The notes below the pieces were generated by a model. It was not told where the DNA came from. It saw only the letters and a list, made by a program, of their open reading frames with translations, and made no database searches. Source: Mustelus asterias (lineage: Eukaryota). Taken from it: DNA of 64,000 nt. Positions 11,451 to 24,700 of this stretch are shown piece by piece. Each line of letters opens with the position of its first letter. Position 1 is the stretch's first letter. Position numbers and translations under genes: made by a program. The stretch is taken from positions 9,734,001 through 9,798,000 of the forward strand of contig NC_135830.1 in assembly GCF_964213995.1 (NCBI RefSeq). Reading direction: 5' to 3'.

Positions 11451-12461
11451 TCACTCGTGAACTCGTTGGTGTCTCAGCAGCTGGGATGAAAGACTGAATC
11501 CCTTCCCACACTGAGAGCAGGTGAATGGCCTCTCCCCAGTGTGAACTCGCTGGTGTATCCGCAGGCTGGATAATCGAGTGAATCCCTTCTCACACTGAGA
11601 GCAGGTGAACGGCCTCTCCCCAGTGTGAATTCGCTGGTGTCTCAGCAGGTGGGATGACTGAGTGAATCCCTCCCCACACTGAGAGCAGGTGAATGGCCTC
11701 TCTCCAGTGTGAACTTCATGGTGTCTCTGCAGCTGGGATGACCGAGTGAATTCCTTCCCACACTGAGAGCAGGTGAATGGCCTCTCCCCAGTGTGAACTC
11801 GCTGGTGTCTCTGCAGCTGGTTTGACCAAGTGAATCCCTTCCCACACTGAGAGCAGGTGAATGGCCTCTCCCCAGTGTGAACCCGCTGGTGTATCCGCAG
11901 GCTGGATGAATCATAGAATCCCATCCCACACTGAGAGCAGGTGAACGGCCTCTCCCCAGTGTGAACTCGCTGGTGTCTCAGCAGGCTGGATGGATTACAG
12001 AATCCCTTCTCACACTGAGAGCAGGTGAATGGCCTCTCCCCAGTGTGAACCCGCTGGTGTATCCGCAGGCTGGATGGATCACAGAGTCCCTTCCCACACT
12101 GAGAGCAGGTGAACGGCCTCTCCCCAGTGTGAACTCGCTGGTGTGACTGCAGGATGGATAACCGAGTGAATCCCTTCCCACACTGAGAGCAGGTGAATGG
12201 CCTCTCCCCAGTGTGAACTCGCTGGTGTTTCTGCAGGGTGGATAACCGAGTGAATCCCTTCCCACACTGAGAGCAGGTGAACGGTCTCTCCCCAGTGTGA
12301 ACTTGCTGGTGTGACTGCAGGATGGATAACCGAGTGAATCCCTTCCCACACTGAGAGCAGGTGAATGGCCTCTCCCCAATGTGGTTGCGCCGATGAGCTT
12401 CCAGCTCATTTGGGTATCTGTATCTCTTCGCACAGTCCGCACATTTCCATGGTTTCTCCAT
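11451..12461 (-). CDS. Tandem C2H2 zinc-finger protein, 12 fingers (ZNF-A)
   Basis: Intact ORF of 84-bp CSQC finger repeats; MEKPWKC start at 12461 with ACCATGG; acceptor at ~12812. Confidence 0.92.
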   Translation of the reverse strand: MEKPWKCADCAKRYRYPNELEAHRRNHIGERPFTCSQCGKGFTRLSILQSHQQVHTGERPFTCSQCGKGFTRLSTLQKHQRVHTGERPFTCSQCGKGFTRLSILQSHQRVHTGERPFTCSQCGKGLCDPSSLRIHQRVHTGERPFTCSQCEKGFCNPSSLLRHQRVHTGERPFTCSQCGMGFYDSSSLRIHQRVHTGERPFTCSQCGKGFTWSNQLQRHQRVHTGERPFTCSQCGKEFTRSSQLQRHHEVHTGERPFTCSQCGEGFTQSSHLLRHQRIHTGERPFTCSQCEKGFTRLSSLRIHQRVHTGERPFTCSQCGKGFSLSSQLLRHQRVHE

Positions 12462-13569
12462 GGTGCAGGTGTCCTTGCCTCTCCCTTGGGTGGACAATCA
12501 GTTGAAGCCTTGTCCACACACAGAACACGGGTACAGTCTCTCCCCGCTGTGAATGGTGTGATAGTTATTCAGGCTGTGTAACTGGTTAAAGCTCTTTAGT
12601 CAGTGCACTGGAAGACTCTCACTCCAGTGTGGCCGTGTGTTGGTGCTTTTCCAGTCACACTGATGTTTGAAATCTTTTCAAATCAACAGACTGGACAACC
12701 ATTTCTCCTTCTAGATTCAAAGGCCGATGATATTCAGCTCCCATGGAATATGACTCTGTCAGATCTGACGTGACGTTTGAGATTTCGGCCTGTGATTCCT
12801 CTTTCAAGATCCTGTAAAACAAGTTTACAAAAGTCATCAGTATCAGTACAGGATAGAAATTCAGAACAGACAATTCTAGTTTCTGTGGAACATTCTTTCC
12901 TATTTCAGTCCCAAAAAGCTGTAAATCGCCATCCCACACACTCTCCCTCCATTCTCACTCTGCTGTATCTAATATTCACCCTCCCAATTCTCCTGAAGGT
13001 GCTGATTGAGGCTGATTGACAGATCCATGCTCACTGCTTCCTGTCCTGGACACAGAGACCATAACAAATAGGAGCTGCAGTCGGCCATTTGGCCCATCGA
13101 GCCTTTTAAACTATTCAATGAGATAATTCGTTCATCTACCTCAGCATCATTCTCCCCACACTAAACCCATATCCCTTGATATCCTCAATATCTAGAAACC
13201 AATCAATCGCTCTCTTGCAAGTAGTTGATGACTGAGGTTTCACTGTCCTCAGGGATTGAGAATTCCAAAGCTTTACCACATCCTTGAGTGAAGAAATCCC
13301 CCCACATCTTAGCTTTTGCTCCATCTTCTTGTCTGTTCCCCATAACCCTTGACACCCTTGTCAGTCAAAGATCTGTCTAACTGGAATATATTCAATGATC
13401 CTCAGCCTCCACTGGTCCCTGTAGAAGAGAAATCCAAAAGACTAACAGCCCTCTGAGGGAAGAGACGTCTGGAAATATATATATATACAGGGGGATCTTC
13501 ATCAGTTGATCGGTTAAGGAAGTGAGCCGATGATTGGCAAATGGATTTCAGTACAAATAATACAGAGCA

Positions 13570-14660
13570 CAGAGGCACAACCTCAGGCTAAAGGGACGAT
13601 CCTTTAAAACAGAGATAAGGAGGAATTTCTTCAGCCAGAGAGTGGGGAATTTGTGGAACTCTTTGCCGCAGAAGGCTGTGGAGGCCAGGTCATTGACTGT
13701 CTTTAAGACAGAGATAGATAGGTTCTTGATTAATAAGGGGATCAGGGGTGATGGCAAAAAGGCAGGAGAATGGGGATGAGAAAAATATCAGCCATGATTG
13801 AATGGCGGAGCAGACTCGATGGGCCGAGTGGCCTAATTCTGCTCCTATGTCTTATGGTCTTAAGTGTGAGTGTTGCATTTTGGAAAGTCAAACCAGGGTA
13901 GGACTTATACAGTGAATGGTAAGGCCCTGGGGAGTGTTGAGGAACAGAGGAACCCAGGAGTACAAGTATATCGTTCGTTGAAAGTGATGTCACAGGTAGA
14001 CAGAGTGGTGAAGAAGGCATTTAGCACACTGGCCTTCATCAGTCAGGGCACTGAGTATAGGAGTTGGGACATTATGTTATAGTTGTATAAGTCATTGGTG
14101 AGGCCGCACTTGGAGTATTGTGTACAGTTTTTGTAACCCTGTTATAGGAAAAACATTGATAAACTGTAAAGAGTGCAAAGAAGATTTATGAGGATGTTGC
14201 CGGGACTAATGGGTCTGAATGATCATGAGAGGTTGGACAGGCTCGGGTTTATTCCTTCGAATGTAGGAGAATGTGGGGTGACTATATTGAGGTGTATTAA
14301 ATAATGAGGGGCATAGATAGGATGAACCCACATTGTCTTTTTGCCAGGGTCGGGGAATTGAAAACTAGAGGACATAGATTTAATATGAGAGGGGAAAGAT
14401 TAAAAGGGACCTGAGGGGCAACTTCTTCATGCAGAGGGTGATGTGTACATGGATTGAGCTGCCAGAGAAAGTGGTTGAATGTTCAAACAGCAGGTTTAAA
14501 CATTTAAAAAGCATTTGGATAAGTACATATCCCTCTAATCCTTTCCAATTCATGAGCCAAACACGGGCATTTGGGACTAGCTGGGAGGGCACCATGGTTG
14601 GCATGGATCAGTTGGGCCTAAGGGCCTGTTTCCGTGCTGTATTGCTCTGTGACTCTGTGC
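13570..14660 (+). mobile_element. Two adjacent degraded CR1 3' fragments
   Basis: 13570-13862 ends in TCTTATGGTCTT tail; 13864-14660 has RT C-terminal remnants (HFGKSNQGRTYTVNG, RPHLEYC) with stops. Confidence 0.8.
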
Positions 14661-14669
14661 GCTGGCTGC

Positions 14670-14930
14670 ATCAGCATCTACTGCCCATAACTCATTGCCC
14701 TTGAACTGAGTGGCTTGCATTGCTGGGGGATGTGGTAGATTTCCTTCTATAAAGGACATTATTAAATCAGATGGATTTTTACAATTGTCATCAATGGACT
14801 TCCAATTCTAGATTTTTACTGAATTCAAATTTCAACATCTGCCACTGTGGGATTCGAACCCAGGGTTCACAGTGCATTGCCCTGGATCCCTGTATTACTA
14901 ATCCAATAACACTATCACTGCACCATTGCC
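14670..14930 (-). mobile_element. Degraded tRNA-derived SINE (family of 37545-37895)
   Basis: Minus strand GGTTCGAATCCCAC..GGCAGATG..AAATTTGAATTCA matches the 37.6 kb element. Confidence 0.55.
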
Positions 14931-15489
14931 TGCCCATCCGTGGTAAAGGAGTCACAGTAGCCCGAGATCCATGGAATCAGAGCATGCTCTGAATTTAACT
15001 TAATGCTCAGTAGCACTCACCCCAAAACCATTTCACTGTTTTCAACATTTTAAATCCGCTGGAGTCTACATCTGCAAAGATCTCAGAGAGATTGGTGTCC
15101 GGGAAAAATGTTGCAATCTTCAAATCTTGTCCCTGTAAATGAGGAAAGTTATAGGTGTAATTCAAGGTTAGAAATTCAAGACAGACAAACATTTCTTTTC
15201 GTCTGAGTTTGCTGTGTGTAAATCTTTCCCTTCTAACCCCCTGTAAAAGGAGTTTCCAAAATCCATCAGCATCTGTCCAGAACAGAAATTCCAAACATTC
15301 ACTCCTCCTTTAACCTGGCACAGAATTACTTCAGCTGGGACAAAATTGCAGTGGAGGCAGTTCAGGGAAGATCCAGTTGGTTGATTCCTGAAATGAGGGG
15401 TTTTATCTTTCAGGTTGAGCAGCTTGGGCCTGTACTCTTTGGAGTTTAGAAGACTGAGAAGTAATCCTATTGAAATATCTGGGAATTTA

Positions 15490-15790
15490 AGGGCGGCATG
15501 GTGGCTAGCACTGCTGCCTCACAGCGCCAGGGTCCCAGGTTCAATTCCGGCCTTGGGTCACTGTCTGTGTGGAGTTTGCACATTTTCTGTGCACTGTCTG
15601 TGTGGGTTTCCTCCAGGTGCTCTGGTTTCCTCCCACAGTCCAAAGACTGTGGTTCGGTGGATTGGCTATGCTAAATTGACCCTCGTGTCAAATGCATGGG
15701 GTTGTGGGGATGGGGCTTGGGTGGGATTGTGGTCGGCACAGACTCGATGGGCCAAATGGCCTGCTTCTGCACTGTAGGGATTCTGTGATT
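15490..15790 (+). mobile_element. HE1-like SINE inserted in an old CR1 fragment
   Basis: GGGCGGCATGGTGG..GCACTGCTGCCTCACAGCGCCAGG..GTTCAATTCC head; tail CTGTAGGGATTCT. Confidence 0.82.
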
Positions 15791-16124
15791 CATATGATAT
15801 AAGGTGCTTGACAAGGTAGATGCTGAGAGGATGTTTCCTCAGGTGTGGGAATCAAGTAAAAATAAAGGATCTCAAATTTAAGATTAAGATGAAGAGAGAT
15901 CTTTTCTCTCAGCGGGTTGTTGATCTTTGGAACTCTGTCTTCACCAGTGAGGATTGGAGGCAGGTCATTGAATATATTCAAAGCTGAGGTTTTGATCCAC
16001 AGGAGAGTTAAGGGTATGGACGGGCTGGGGGTAGCAAAGTAGACATGATCTTATTGAATGATGCAGCAGGCTCAATGGGCCGAATGACGGGCTCCTGTTT
16101 CGAATTCTTATTCCGATGTTCTTG

Positions 16125-16520
16125 GATAGCTGCGCATGCGCCCTGCTACCTATTGTCCCTCTGAAGATAGAGGTTCTGAACCAGCCCCCGAAACCACGCC
16201 CATTGTGACCCGTCACAGACAGCAGCGCATGTGCCCTCCTTCCCCGCTGAAACAAGATGGCGGCCGATAACCGGGGCCTGTTCCCGAGATAAAAGCCTGG
16301 GAGCTGTAAACCCGGGACCTGCAGGGTCTGATTCGGGCCGTGCAGCCTACAGCGGATGTTTGTGAAGCCTCCGCTCGCTCCCTCCCTACCCCAACTCCCG
16401 GCTCCACTTCTCCCGCAGCCCAACCGACTCACCCGCTGAAAAAAGCGTCTCCCGCATTCAGGACTCTGAGCAGTGACACTGCGCATGCCCCAGATACAGC
16501 ACTGCGCCTGCGCAATAGGC
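16125..16520 (-). promoter_or_regulatory. Promoter and non-coding first exon of ZNF-A
   Basis: NRF1-like GCGCATGC sites, YY1 AAGATGGCGG (~16254), donor GTGAGT at 16427-16432; inverted paralog at 51620-51930. Confidence 0.72.
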
Positions 16521-16535
16521 TCCTGTGGAATGACT

Positions 16536-19500
16536 ATAGAACATAGAACATTACAGCGCAGTACAGGCCCTTCGGCCCTCAATGTTGCACCGACCTGTGA
16601 AACGAATCTAAACCCATCCAACCTACACTATTCCAATCTCATCCATATGTTTATCCAATGACCCTTTAAATGCCCTTCATGTTGACGAGTCCACTACTGT
16701 TGCAGGCAGGGCATTCCACACCCTTACTACTCTCTGAGTAAAGAACCTACCTCTGACATCTGATCTATATCTATCACCCCTCAATTTAAAGCTATGCCCC
16801 CTCGTGCTAGCCATCATCATCCGAGGAAAAAGGCTTACACTGTCCAACTTATCTAATCCTCTGATCATCTTGAATGCCTCTATTAAGTCACCTCTTAAAC
16901 TTCTTCTCTCCAACGAAAAAAGCCTCAAGTCACTCAGCCTTTCCTCATAAGACCTTCCCACCATACCAGGCAACATCCTGGTAAATCTCCTCTGCACCCT
17001 TTCCAATGCTTCCACATCCTTCCTATAATGCGGCGACCAGAACTGTACACAATAGTCCAAGTGCGGCCGCACCAGAGTTTTGTACAGCTGCAACATGACA
17101 GCATGGCTCCGAAACTCAATCCCTCTTCTAATAAAAGCTAACACACTGTACGCCTTCTTAGCAACCCTATCAATCTGGGTGCCAACTTTCAGGGATCTAT
17201 GCACATGGACACCGAGATCTCTCTGCTCATTCACACTACCAAGTATCTTACCATTAGCCCAGTACTCTGTATTCCTGTTACTCCTTCCAAAGTGAATCAC
17301 CTCACACTTTTCCACATCAAACTCCATTTGCCACCTCTCAGCCCAGCACTGCAGCTTATCTATGTCCCTCTGTAACCTGCAACATCCTTCCACACTGTCC
17401 TCAACTCCACCGACTTTAGTGTCATCCGCAAATTTACTAACCCATCCTTCTACGCCCTCATCCAGACCATTTATAAAAATGACAAACAAAAGTGGCCCCA
17501 AAACAGATCCTTGCGGTACACTAGTAACTGAACTCCAGGATGAACATTTCCCATCAACCACCACCCTCTGTCTTCTTACAGCTCGCCAATTTCTGATCCA
17601 AATCTCAAAATCACCCTCAATCCCATGCCTCCGTATTTTCTGCAATAGCCTACCGTGGGGAACTTTATCAAATGCTTTACTTAAATCCATAAACACCACA
17701 TCAACTGCTTTACCCTCATCCACCTCTTTGGTCACCTTCTCAAAGAACTCAATAAGGTTTGTGAAGCACGACCTTCCCTTCACAAAACCGTGCTGACTAT
17801 CCCTAATCAAATTATTAATTTCTAGATGATTATAAATCCTATCTCTTCTAATCCTTTCCAAAACTTTGCCCACAACAGAAGTAAGGCTCACTGGTCTATA
17901 ATTACCAGGGTTGTCTCTACTCCCCTTCTTGAACAAGGGGACAACATTTGCTATTCTCCAGTCTTCTGGCACTATTCCTGTAGACAATGACATAAAAATC
18001 AAAGCCAAAGGCTCTGCAATCTCCTCCCTAGCTTCCCAGCGAATGCTAGGATAAATCCCATCCGGCCCAGGGGACTTATCTATTTTCACACTTTCCAGAA
18101 TTGCTAACACCTCCTCCTTATGAACCTCAATCCCGTCTAGTCCAATAGCCTGTATCTCAGTATTCTCTTCGACAACATTGTCTTTTTCCTGTGTGAATAC
18201 TGACGAAAAATATTCATTTAGCGCCTCTCCTATCTCTTCAGACTCCACGCACAACTTCCCACTACTGTCCTTGACTGGCCCTAATCTTACCCTAGTCATT
18301 CTTTTATTCCTGACATACCTGTAGAAAGCGTTAGGATTTTCCTTGATCCTACCTGCCAAAGACTTCTCATGTCCCCTCCTGGCTCTTCTTAGCTCTCTCT
18401 TCAGCTCCTTCCTGGCGAACTTGTAACTCTCAAGCGCCCTTACTGAGCCTTCACGTCTCATCTTTACATAAGTCTCCTTCTTCCTCTTCACAAGAGATTC
18501 AACTTCTTTAGTAAACCACGGTTCCCCCGCTCGACCACTACCTCCTTGCCTGACAGGTACATACTTATCAAGGACACGCAGTAGCTGTTCATTGAACAAG
18601 CTCCACATTTCAATTGCGCCCATCCCCTACAGATTTCTTCCCCATCCTGTGCATCCTAAATCTCGCCTAATCGCATCATAATTTCCTTTCCCCCAGCTAT
18701 AATACTTGCCCTGCGGTGTATACCTATCCCTTTCCATTGCTGAAGTAAACGTAACCGAATTGTGGTCACTATCACCAAAGTGCTCACCTACCTCCAAATC
18801 TAACACCTGGCCTGGTTCATTACCCAGTACCAAATCCAATGTGACCTCGCCTCTTGTTGGCCTATCTACATACTGTGTCAGCAAACCCTCCTGCACACAT
18901 TGGACAAAAACTGACCCATCTAAAGTACTCGAACTATAGCTTTTCCAGTCAATATTTGTAAAGTTAAAGTCCCCCATAACAACTGCCCTGTTACTTTCGC
19001 TCCTATCCAGAATCATCTCTGCAATCCTTTCCTCTACATCTCTGGAACTTTTCGGAGACCTATAGAAAACTCCCATCAGGGTGACCTCTCCTTTCCTGTT
19101 TCTAACCTCAGCCCATACTACCTCAGGAGACGAGTCCTCATCAAACGTCCTTTCTGCCACCGTAATACTATCCTTGACTAACAATGCCGCACCTCCTCCT
19201 CTTTTACCACCTTCCCTGATCTTACTGAAACATCTAAACCCCGGAACCTGCAACAACCATTCCTGTCCCTGCTCTATCCATGTCCCCGAAATGGCCACAA
19301 CATCGAAGTCCCAGGTACCAGCCCATGCTGCAAGTTCACCCACGTTATTCCGGATGCTCCTGGCATTGAAGTAGACACACTTCAAAGCACCTTCCTGCCT
19401 GCCGGTACACTCCTGCGACCTTGAAATCTTATTCATCACCTCACCACTCACATCCTCCTGTACACTGGAGCAGAAATCCAGGTTCCCACCCCCCTGCCGA

Positions 19501-20753
19501 ATTAGTTTAAACCCTCCCGAAGAGCATTAGCAAATTTCCCCCCCAGGATATTAGTACCCCTCTGGTCCAGGTGAAGACCATCCCATTTGTAGAGGTCCCA
19601 CCTACCTCAGAATGAGCGCCAATTATCCAGGTATCTAAATCCTTCCCTCCTGCACCATTCCTGTAGCCACGTGTTCAACTGCTCTCTCTCCCTATTCCTC
19701 TCCTCACTAGCACGTGGCACGGGTAACAAACCAGAGATAACAACTCTATTTGTTCTCGCTCTAAGCTTCCACCCTAACTCCCTGAATTTCTGCCTTACAT
19801 CCCCATCTCTTTTCCTACCTATGTCATTGGTGCCTGTGTGGACCACAACTTGGGGCTGGTCCCCTTCCCCCTTAAGGATCTTGAAAACACGATCTGAGAC
19901 ATCAAAGACCCTGGCACCTGGGAGGCAACACACCAGCCGCGAGTCCCTCACGCTCACAGAATCTCCGATCTGTCCCCCTAACTATGCAGTTCCCAATGAC
20001 TAATGCTCTACTCCTCCCCCCCTTTCCCTTCTGAGCAACAGGGACAGACTCTGTGCCAGAGACCTGTACCCCATGGCTTACCCCTGGTAAGTCGCCCTCC
20101 CCAACAGGATCCAAAATGGTATACTTGTTATACAGAGGAACGGCCACAGGGGATCGCTGCACTGTCTGCTTCTTACCCTTTCTAACAGTCACCCAAGTAT
20201 CCTCATTCCTAGGAGTATGAACCTCCCTGTAGCTTTTATCTATAACTGTCTCTGCCTCCCGAATGATCCTGAGTTCATCCAGTTCCAACTCCAGATCCCT
20301 AACACGGTCTTCAAGGAGCTGGAATTGGGTGCACTTCCTGCAGGTGTACTCAGCTGGGACACTAATGGTGTCCCTCACCTCACACATCCCACAGGAGGAA
20401 CATTGCACTGCCTGCACTGACATCCCTGCTAACTTCCCGAACTAATAAATGAAAGAGAAAAGAAGAAAAAGAAAAAGAAAGCTCACCTGCTCTCACACCG
20501 AGTCTTTTTTTTTAGGTTAGAGGAGGAGGGAGGGTGGGAGACTCTACACGTGTAGAGTCTCGGGTTACCTCCCCGTTCAAATTTAGTGGGCAAAAAAAAA
20601 AAAACGTCCCAGGTCTCCCTACGGCTGACTTCCAGTTTCCTGTTTCTCAGGAAAAAAACAAGTCCGAAAAAAGTAAGTAAAAATAAATTCAGCTTATCTT
20701 ATCTTCCAGTTCTGCCCTCCAAAAATCACTCCCCTCTCTGCCCACTTCACCGG
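16536..20753 (-). mobile_element. Near full-length CR1 LINE (ORF1 zinc finger + esterase; ORF2 APE + RT), with frameshifts
   Basis: ORF1 CSSCGMCE..YTCRKC and VIGNCIVRGTD/GTND esterase; APE YFNARSI, MGDFN, GDSDHN; RT 16677..18623; (CTATGTT)n tail at 16536. Confidence 0.95.
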
Positions 20754-21751
20754 AACAATAGGGCACGTTCACAACCGCAGGGGCACCTGGGAATTAACAG
20801 CGCCATTGTCAATCAAAGACATAATAGAAAATTATCTTGTGCAATTGAGATCAATTAATTTTTTAAAATACATTCCTCTGAATTTGTGCACTGCCATTCT
20901 CTATTTCTAAAATTGATTTAAACCAGTGCTCTCCTGTGGGAACACCCCGAGTTTTTAAAACATTTCTCACTGGTTTCCCCCCTCCCCCCGCTCTCCTGAA
21001 GGTGCTCATACTGATTGGGTAAATCCCCCAGAAACTGGTTTATTTCACTTTCTTTCTCCTGAGACTGAATATTCTGTTTTATGCAATGATACATCACAGA
21101 TGGAAACCATTTGGCTCACGTTTCCATGCTGTAAACCTCTGTGACTCTATCCTGCCCAGCCGGGCTCTCTTTAAGATCGATCCAATTAATTCCACAGCCC
21201 TGCTGGCAGAGTCAGAACAATGTATATTTACTGCAGCAATGCAGGAGGTAAATAGAGAATGTTTTTCGTTGTATACTTCTCAGACACACTCACCCCTGGA
21301 AAGATCAATCGGCCGGTGTACCAAGCAAATATTAAGGTTCCACTTAAAATTAAAACAGAAGGTGCAGAAAAAAAGCAGCAGTTACCAGGGCCGAGTTTAT
21401 GGCCAAAATGATGGTGCTGAGCTGCCTTTAGAAAATAACCAGCAATCCAACAAGTCACTCACAATATTGAATCAAACAAAATTGATCAAAGATTCAGATA
21501 AAGTATTCTGTTTTCCAACATGATGCTGTGATATTTTGTGATGGTTTCAATGTTCTCAAAACTACTTGGTGTAGTCCTGGTTTATTTTATACTCACTCCC
21601 ACCCATCGCTGTCCATGAAGCACATTACCCCCACTCTGATTCTCCATCCCATCAGAGACAACTCAGTCACTGACTGGAAATTAGGGCTTTTAATGAGAGC
21701 TCTGACAACTGAGAATGCACCGTAGGCAGAATCAACCCGAGCTAACAAACC

Positions 21752-24700
21752 CCAGACAGTGAACATTATCTCCCAGACCCGAATATAAAACAGTGAACAT
21801 TATCCCCCCCAGACCCAAATATAAAACAGTGAACATTATCCTCCCCAGACCCGAATATAAAACAGTGAACATTATCCCCCCCAGACCTGAATATAAAACA
21901 GTGAACATTATCCCCCCGAGACCCAAATATAAAACAGTGAACATTATCCCCCCGAGACCCAAATATAAAACAGTGAACATTCTCCCCCGCAAACCCGAAT
22001 ATAAAACAGTGAACATTATCCCCCCCAGACCCGAATATAAAACAGTGAACATTATCCCCCCCAGACCTGAATATAAAACAGTGAACATTATCCCCCCGAG
22101 ACCCAAATATAAAACAGTGAACATTATCCCCCCCAGACCTGAATATAAAACAGTGAACATTCTCCCCCCAGACCTGAATATAAAACAGTGAACATTATCC
22201 CCCCCCAGACCCGAATATAAAAGTGAACATTATCCCCCCCCCAGACCCGAATATAAAACAGTGAACATTATCCCCCCCCAGACCCGAATATAAAAGTGAA
22301 CATTATCCCCCCCCCAGACCCGAATATAAAACAGTGAACATTATCCCCCCCAGACCCGAATATAAAACAGTGAATCTTATCCCCCCAGACCCGAATATAA
22401 AACAGCGAACATTATCCCCCAGACCCGAATATAAAACAGTGAACATTATCCCCCAGACCTGAATATAAAACAGTGAACATTATCCCCCCCCAGACCCGAA
22501 TATAAAACAGTGAACATTATCCCCCCCAGACCCGAATATAAAACAGTGAACATTATCCCCCAGACCCGAATATAAAACAGTGAACATTATCCCCCAGACC
22601 CGAATATAAAACAGTGAACATTATCCCCCCCAGACCCGAATATAAAACAGTGAACATTATCCCCCAGACCCAAATATAAAACAGTGAACATTATCCCCCC
22701 CAGACCCGAATATAAAACAGTGAACATTATCCCCCCCAGACCTGAATATAAAACAGTGAACATTCTCCCCCCAGACCTGAATATAAAACAGTGAACATTA
22801 TCCCCCCCCAGACCCGAATATAAAAGTGAACATTATCCCCCCCCCAGACCCGAATATAAAACAGTGAACATTATCCCCCCCAGACCCGAATATAAAACAG
22901 TGAACATTATCCCCCAGACCCAAATATAAAACAGTGAACATTATCCCCCCCAGACCCGAATATAAAACAGTGAACATTATCCCCCCCCCAGACCCGAATA
23001 TAAAACAGTGAACATTATCCCCCAGACCCAAATATAAAACAGTGAACATTATCCCCCAGACCCGAATATAAAACAGTGAACATTCTCCCCCCCGGTCCCG
23101 AATATAAAACAGTGAACATTATCCCCCCCAGACCCGAATATAAAACAGTGAACATTATCCCCCCCAGACCCGAATATAAAACAGTGAACATTATCCCCCC
23201 CCAGACCCAAATATAAAACAGAAAACATTATCCCCCAGACCCGAATATAAAACAGTGAAGATTATCCCCCCCAGACCCGAATATAAAACAGTGAACATTA
23301 TCCCCCCAGACCCGAATATAAAACAGCGAACATTATCCCCCAGACCCGAATATAAAACAGTGAACATTATCCCCCAGACCCGAATATAAAACAGTGAACA
23401 TTATCCCCCCCCAGACCCGAATATAAAACAGTGAACATTATCCCCCCCAGACCCGAATATAAAACAGTGAACATTCTCCCCCCAGACCTGAATATAAAAC
23501 AGTGAACATTATCCCCCCCCAGACCCGAATATAAAAGTGAACATTATCCCACCCCCAGACCCGAATATAAAACAGTGAACATTATCCCCCAGACCCAAAT
23601 ATAAAACAGTGAACATTATCCCCCCCCAGACCCGAATATAAAACAGTGAACATTATCCCCCCAGACCCGAATATAAAACAGTGAACATTATCCCCCCCCA
23701 GACCCGAATATAAAACAGTGAACATTATCCCCCCAGACCCGAATATAAAACAGTGAACATTATCCCCCAGACCTGAATATAAAACAGTGAACATTATCCC
23801 CCCCAGACCCGAATATAAAACAGTGAACATTATCCCCCCCCAGACCCAAATATAAAACAGTGAACATTATCCCCCCCCAGACCCAAATATAAAACAGTGA
23901 ACATTATCCCCCCCCAGACCCAAATATAAAACAGTGAACATTATCCCCCAGACCCGAATATAAAACAGTGAACATTATCCCCCAGACCCAAATATAAAAC
24001 AGTGAACATTATCCCCCAGACCCGAATATAAAACAGTGAACATTCTCCCCCCCAGACCCGAATATAAAACAGTGAACATTATCCCCCCCAGACCCGAATA
24101 TAAAACAGTGAACATTATCCCCCCCAGACCCAAATATAAAACAGTAAACATTATCCCCCAGACCCGAATATTAAACAGTGAAGATTATTGACCCAGACCC
24201 GAATATAAAACAGTGAACATTATCCCCCCCAGACCCGAATATAAAACAGTGAAGATTATTGACCCAGACCTGAAGAGAAAAGAGTGAACATTATCCCCCA
24301 GACCCGAATATAAAACAGTGAACATTATCCCCCAGACCCGAATATAAAACAGTGAAGATTATTGACCCAGACCCGAATATAAAACAGTGAACATTATCCC
24401 CCCCCCCAGACCCGAATATAAAACAGTGAACATTATCCCCCCCAGACCCAAATATAAAACAGTGAACATTATCCCCCAGACCCGAATATAAAACAGTGAA
24501 GATTATCCCCCCCAGACCCGAATATAAAACAGTGAACATTATCCCCCCAGACCCGAATATAAAACAGCGAACATTATCCCCCAGACCCGAATATAAAACA
24601 GTGAACATTATCCCCCAGACCCGAATATAAAACAGTGAACATTATCCCCCCCCAGACCCGAATATAAAACAGTGAACATTATCCCCCCCAGACCCGAATA

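Noticed and set aside
11451-12461. PRDM9 assignment for the homogenised finger arrays
   Set aside because: No PR/SET, SSXRD or KRAB exons visible; the genes start at MEKPWKC after a non-coding leader
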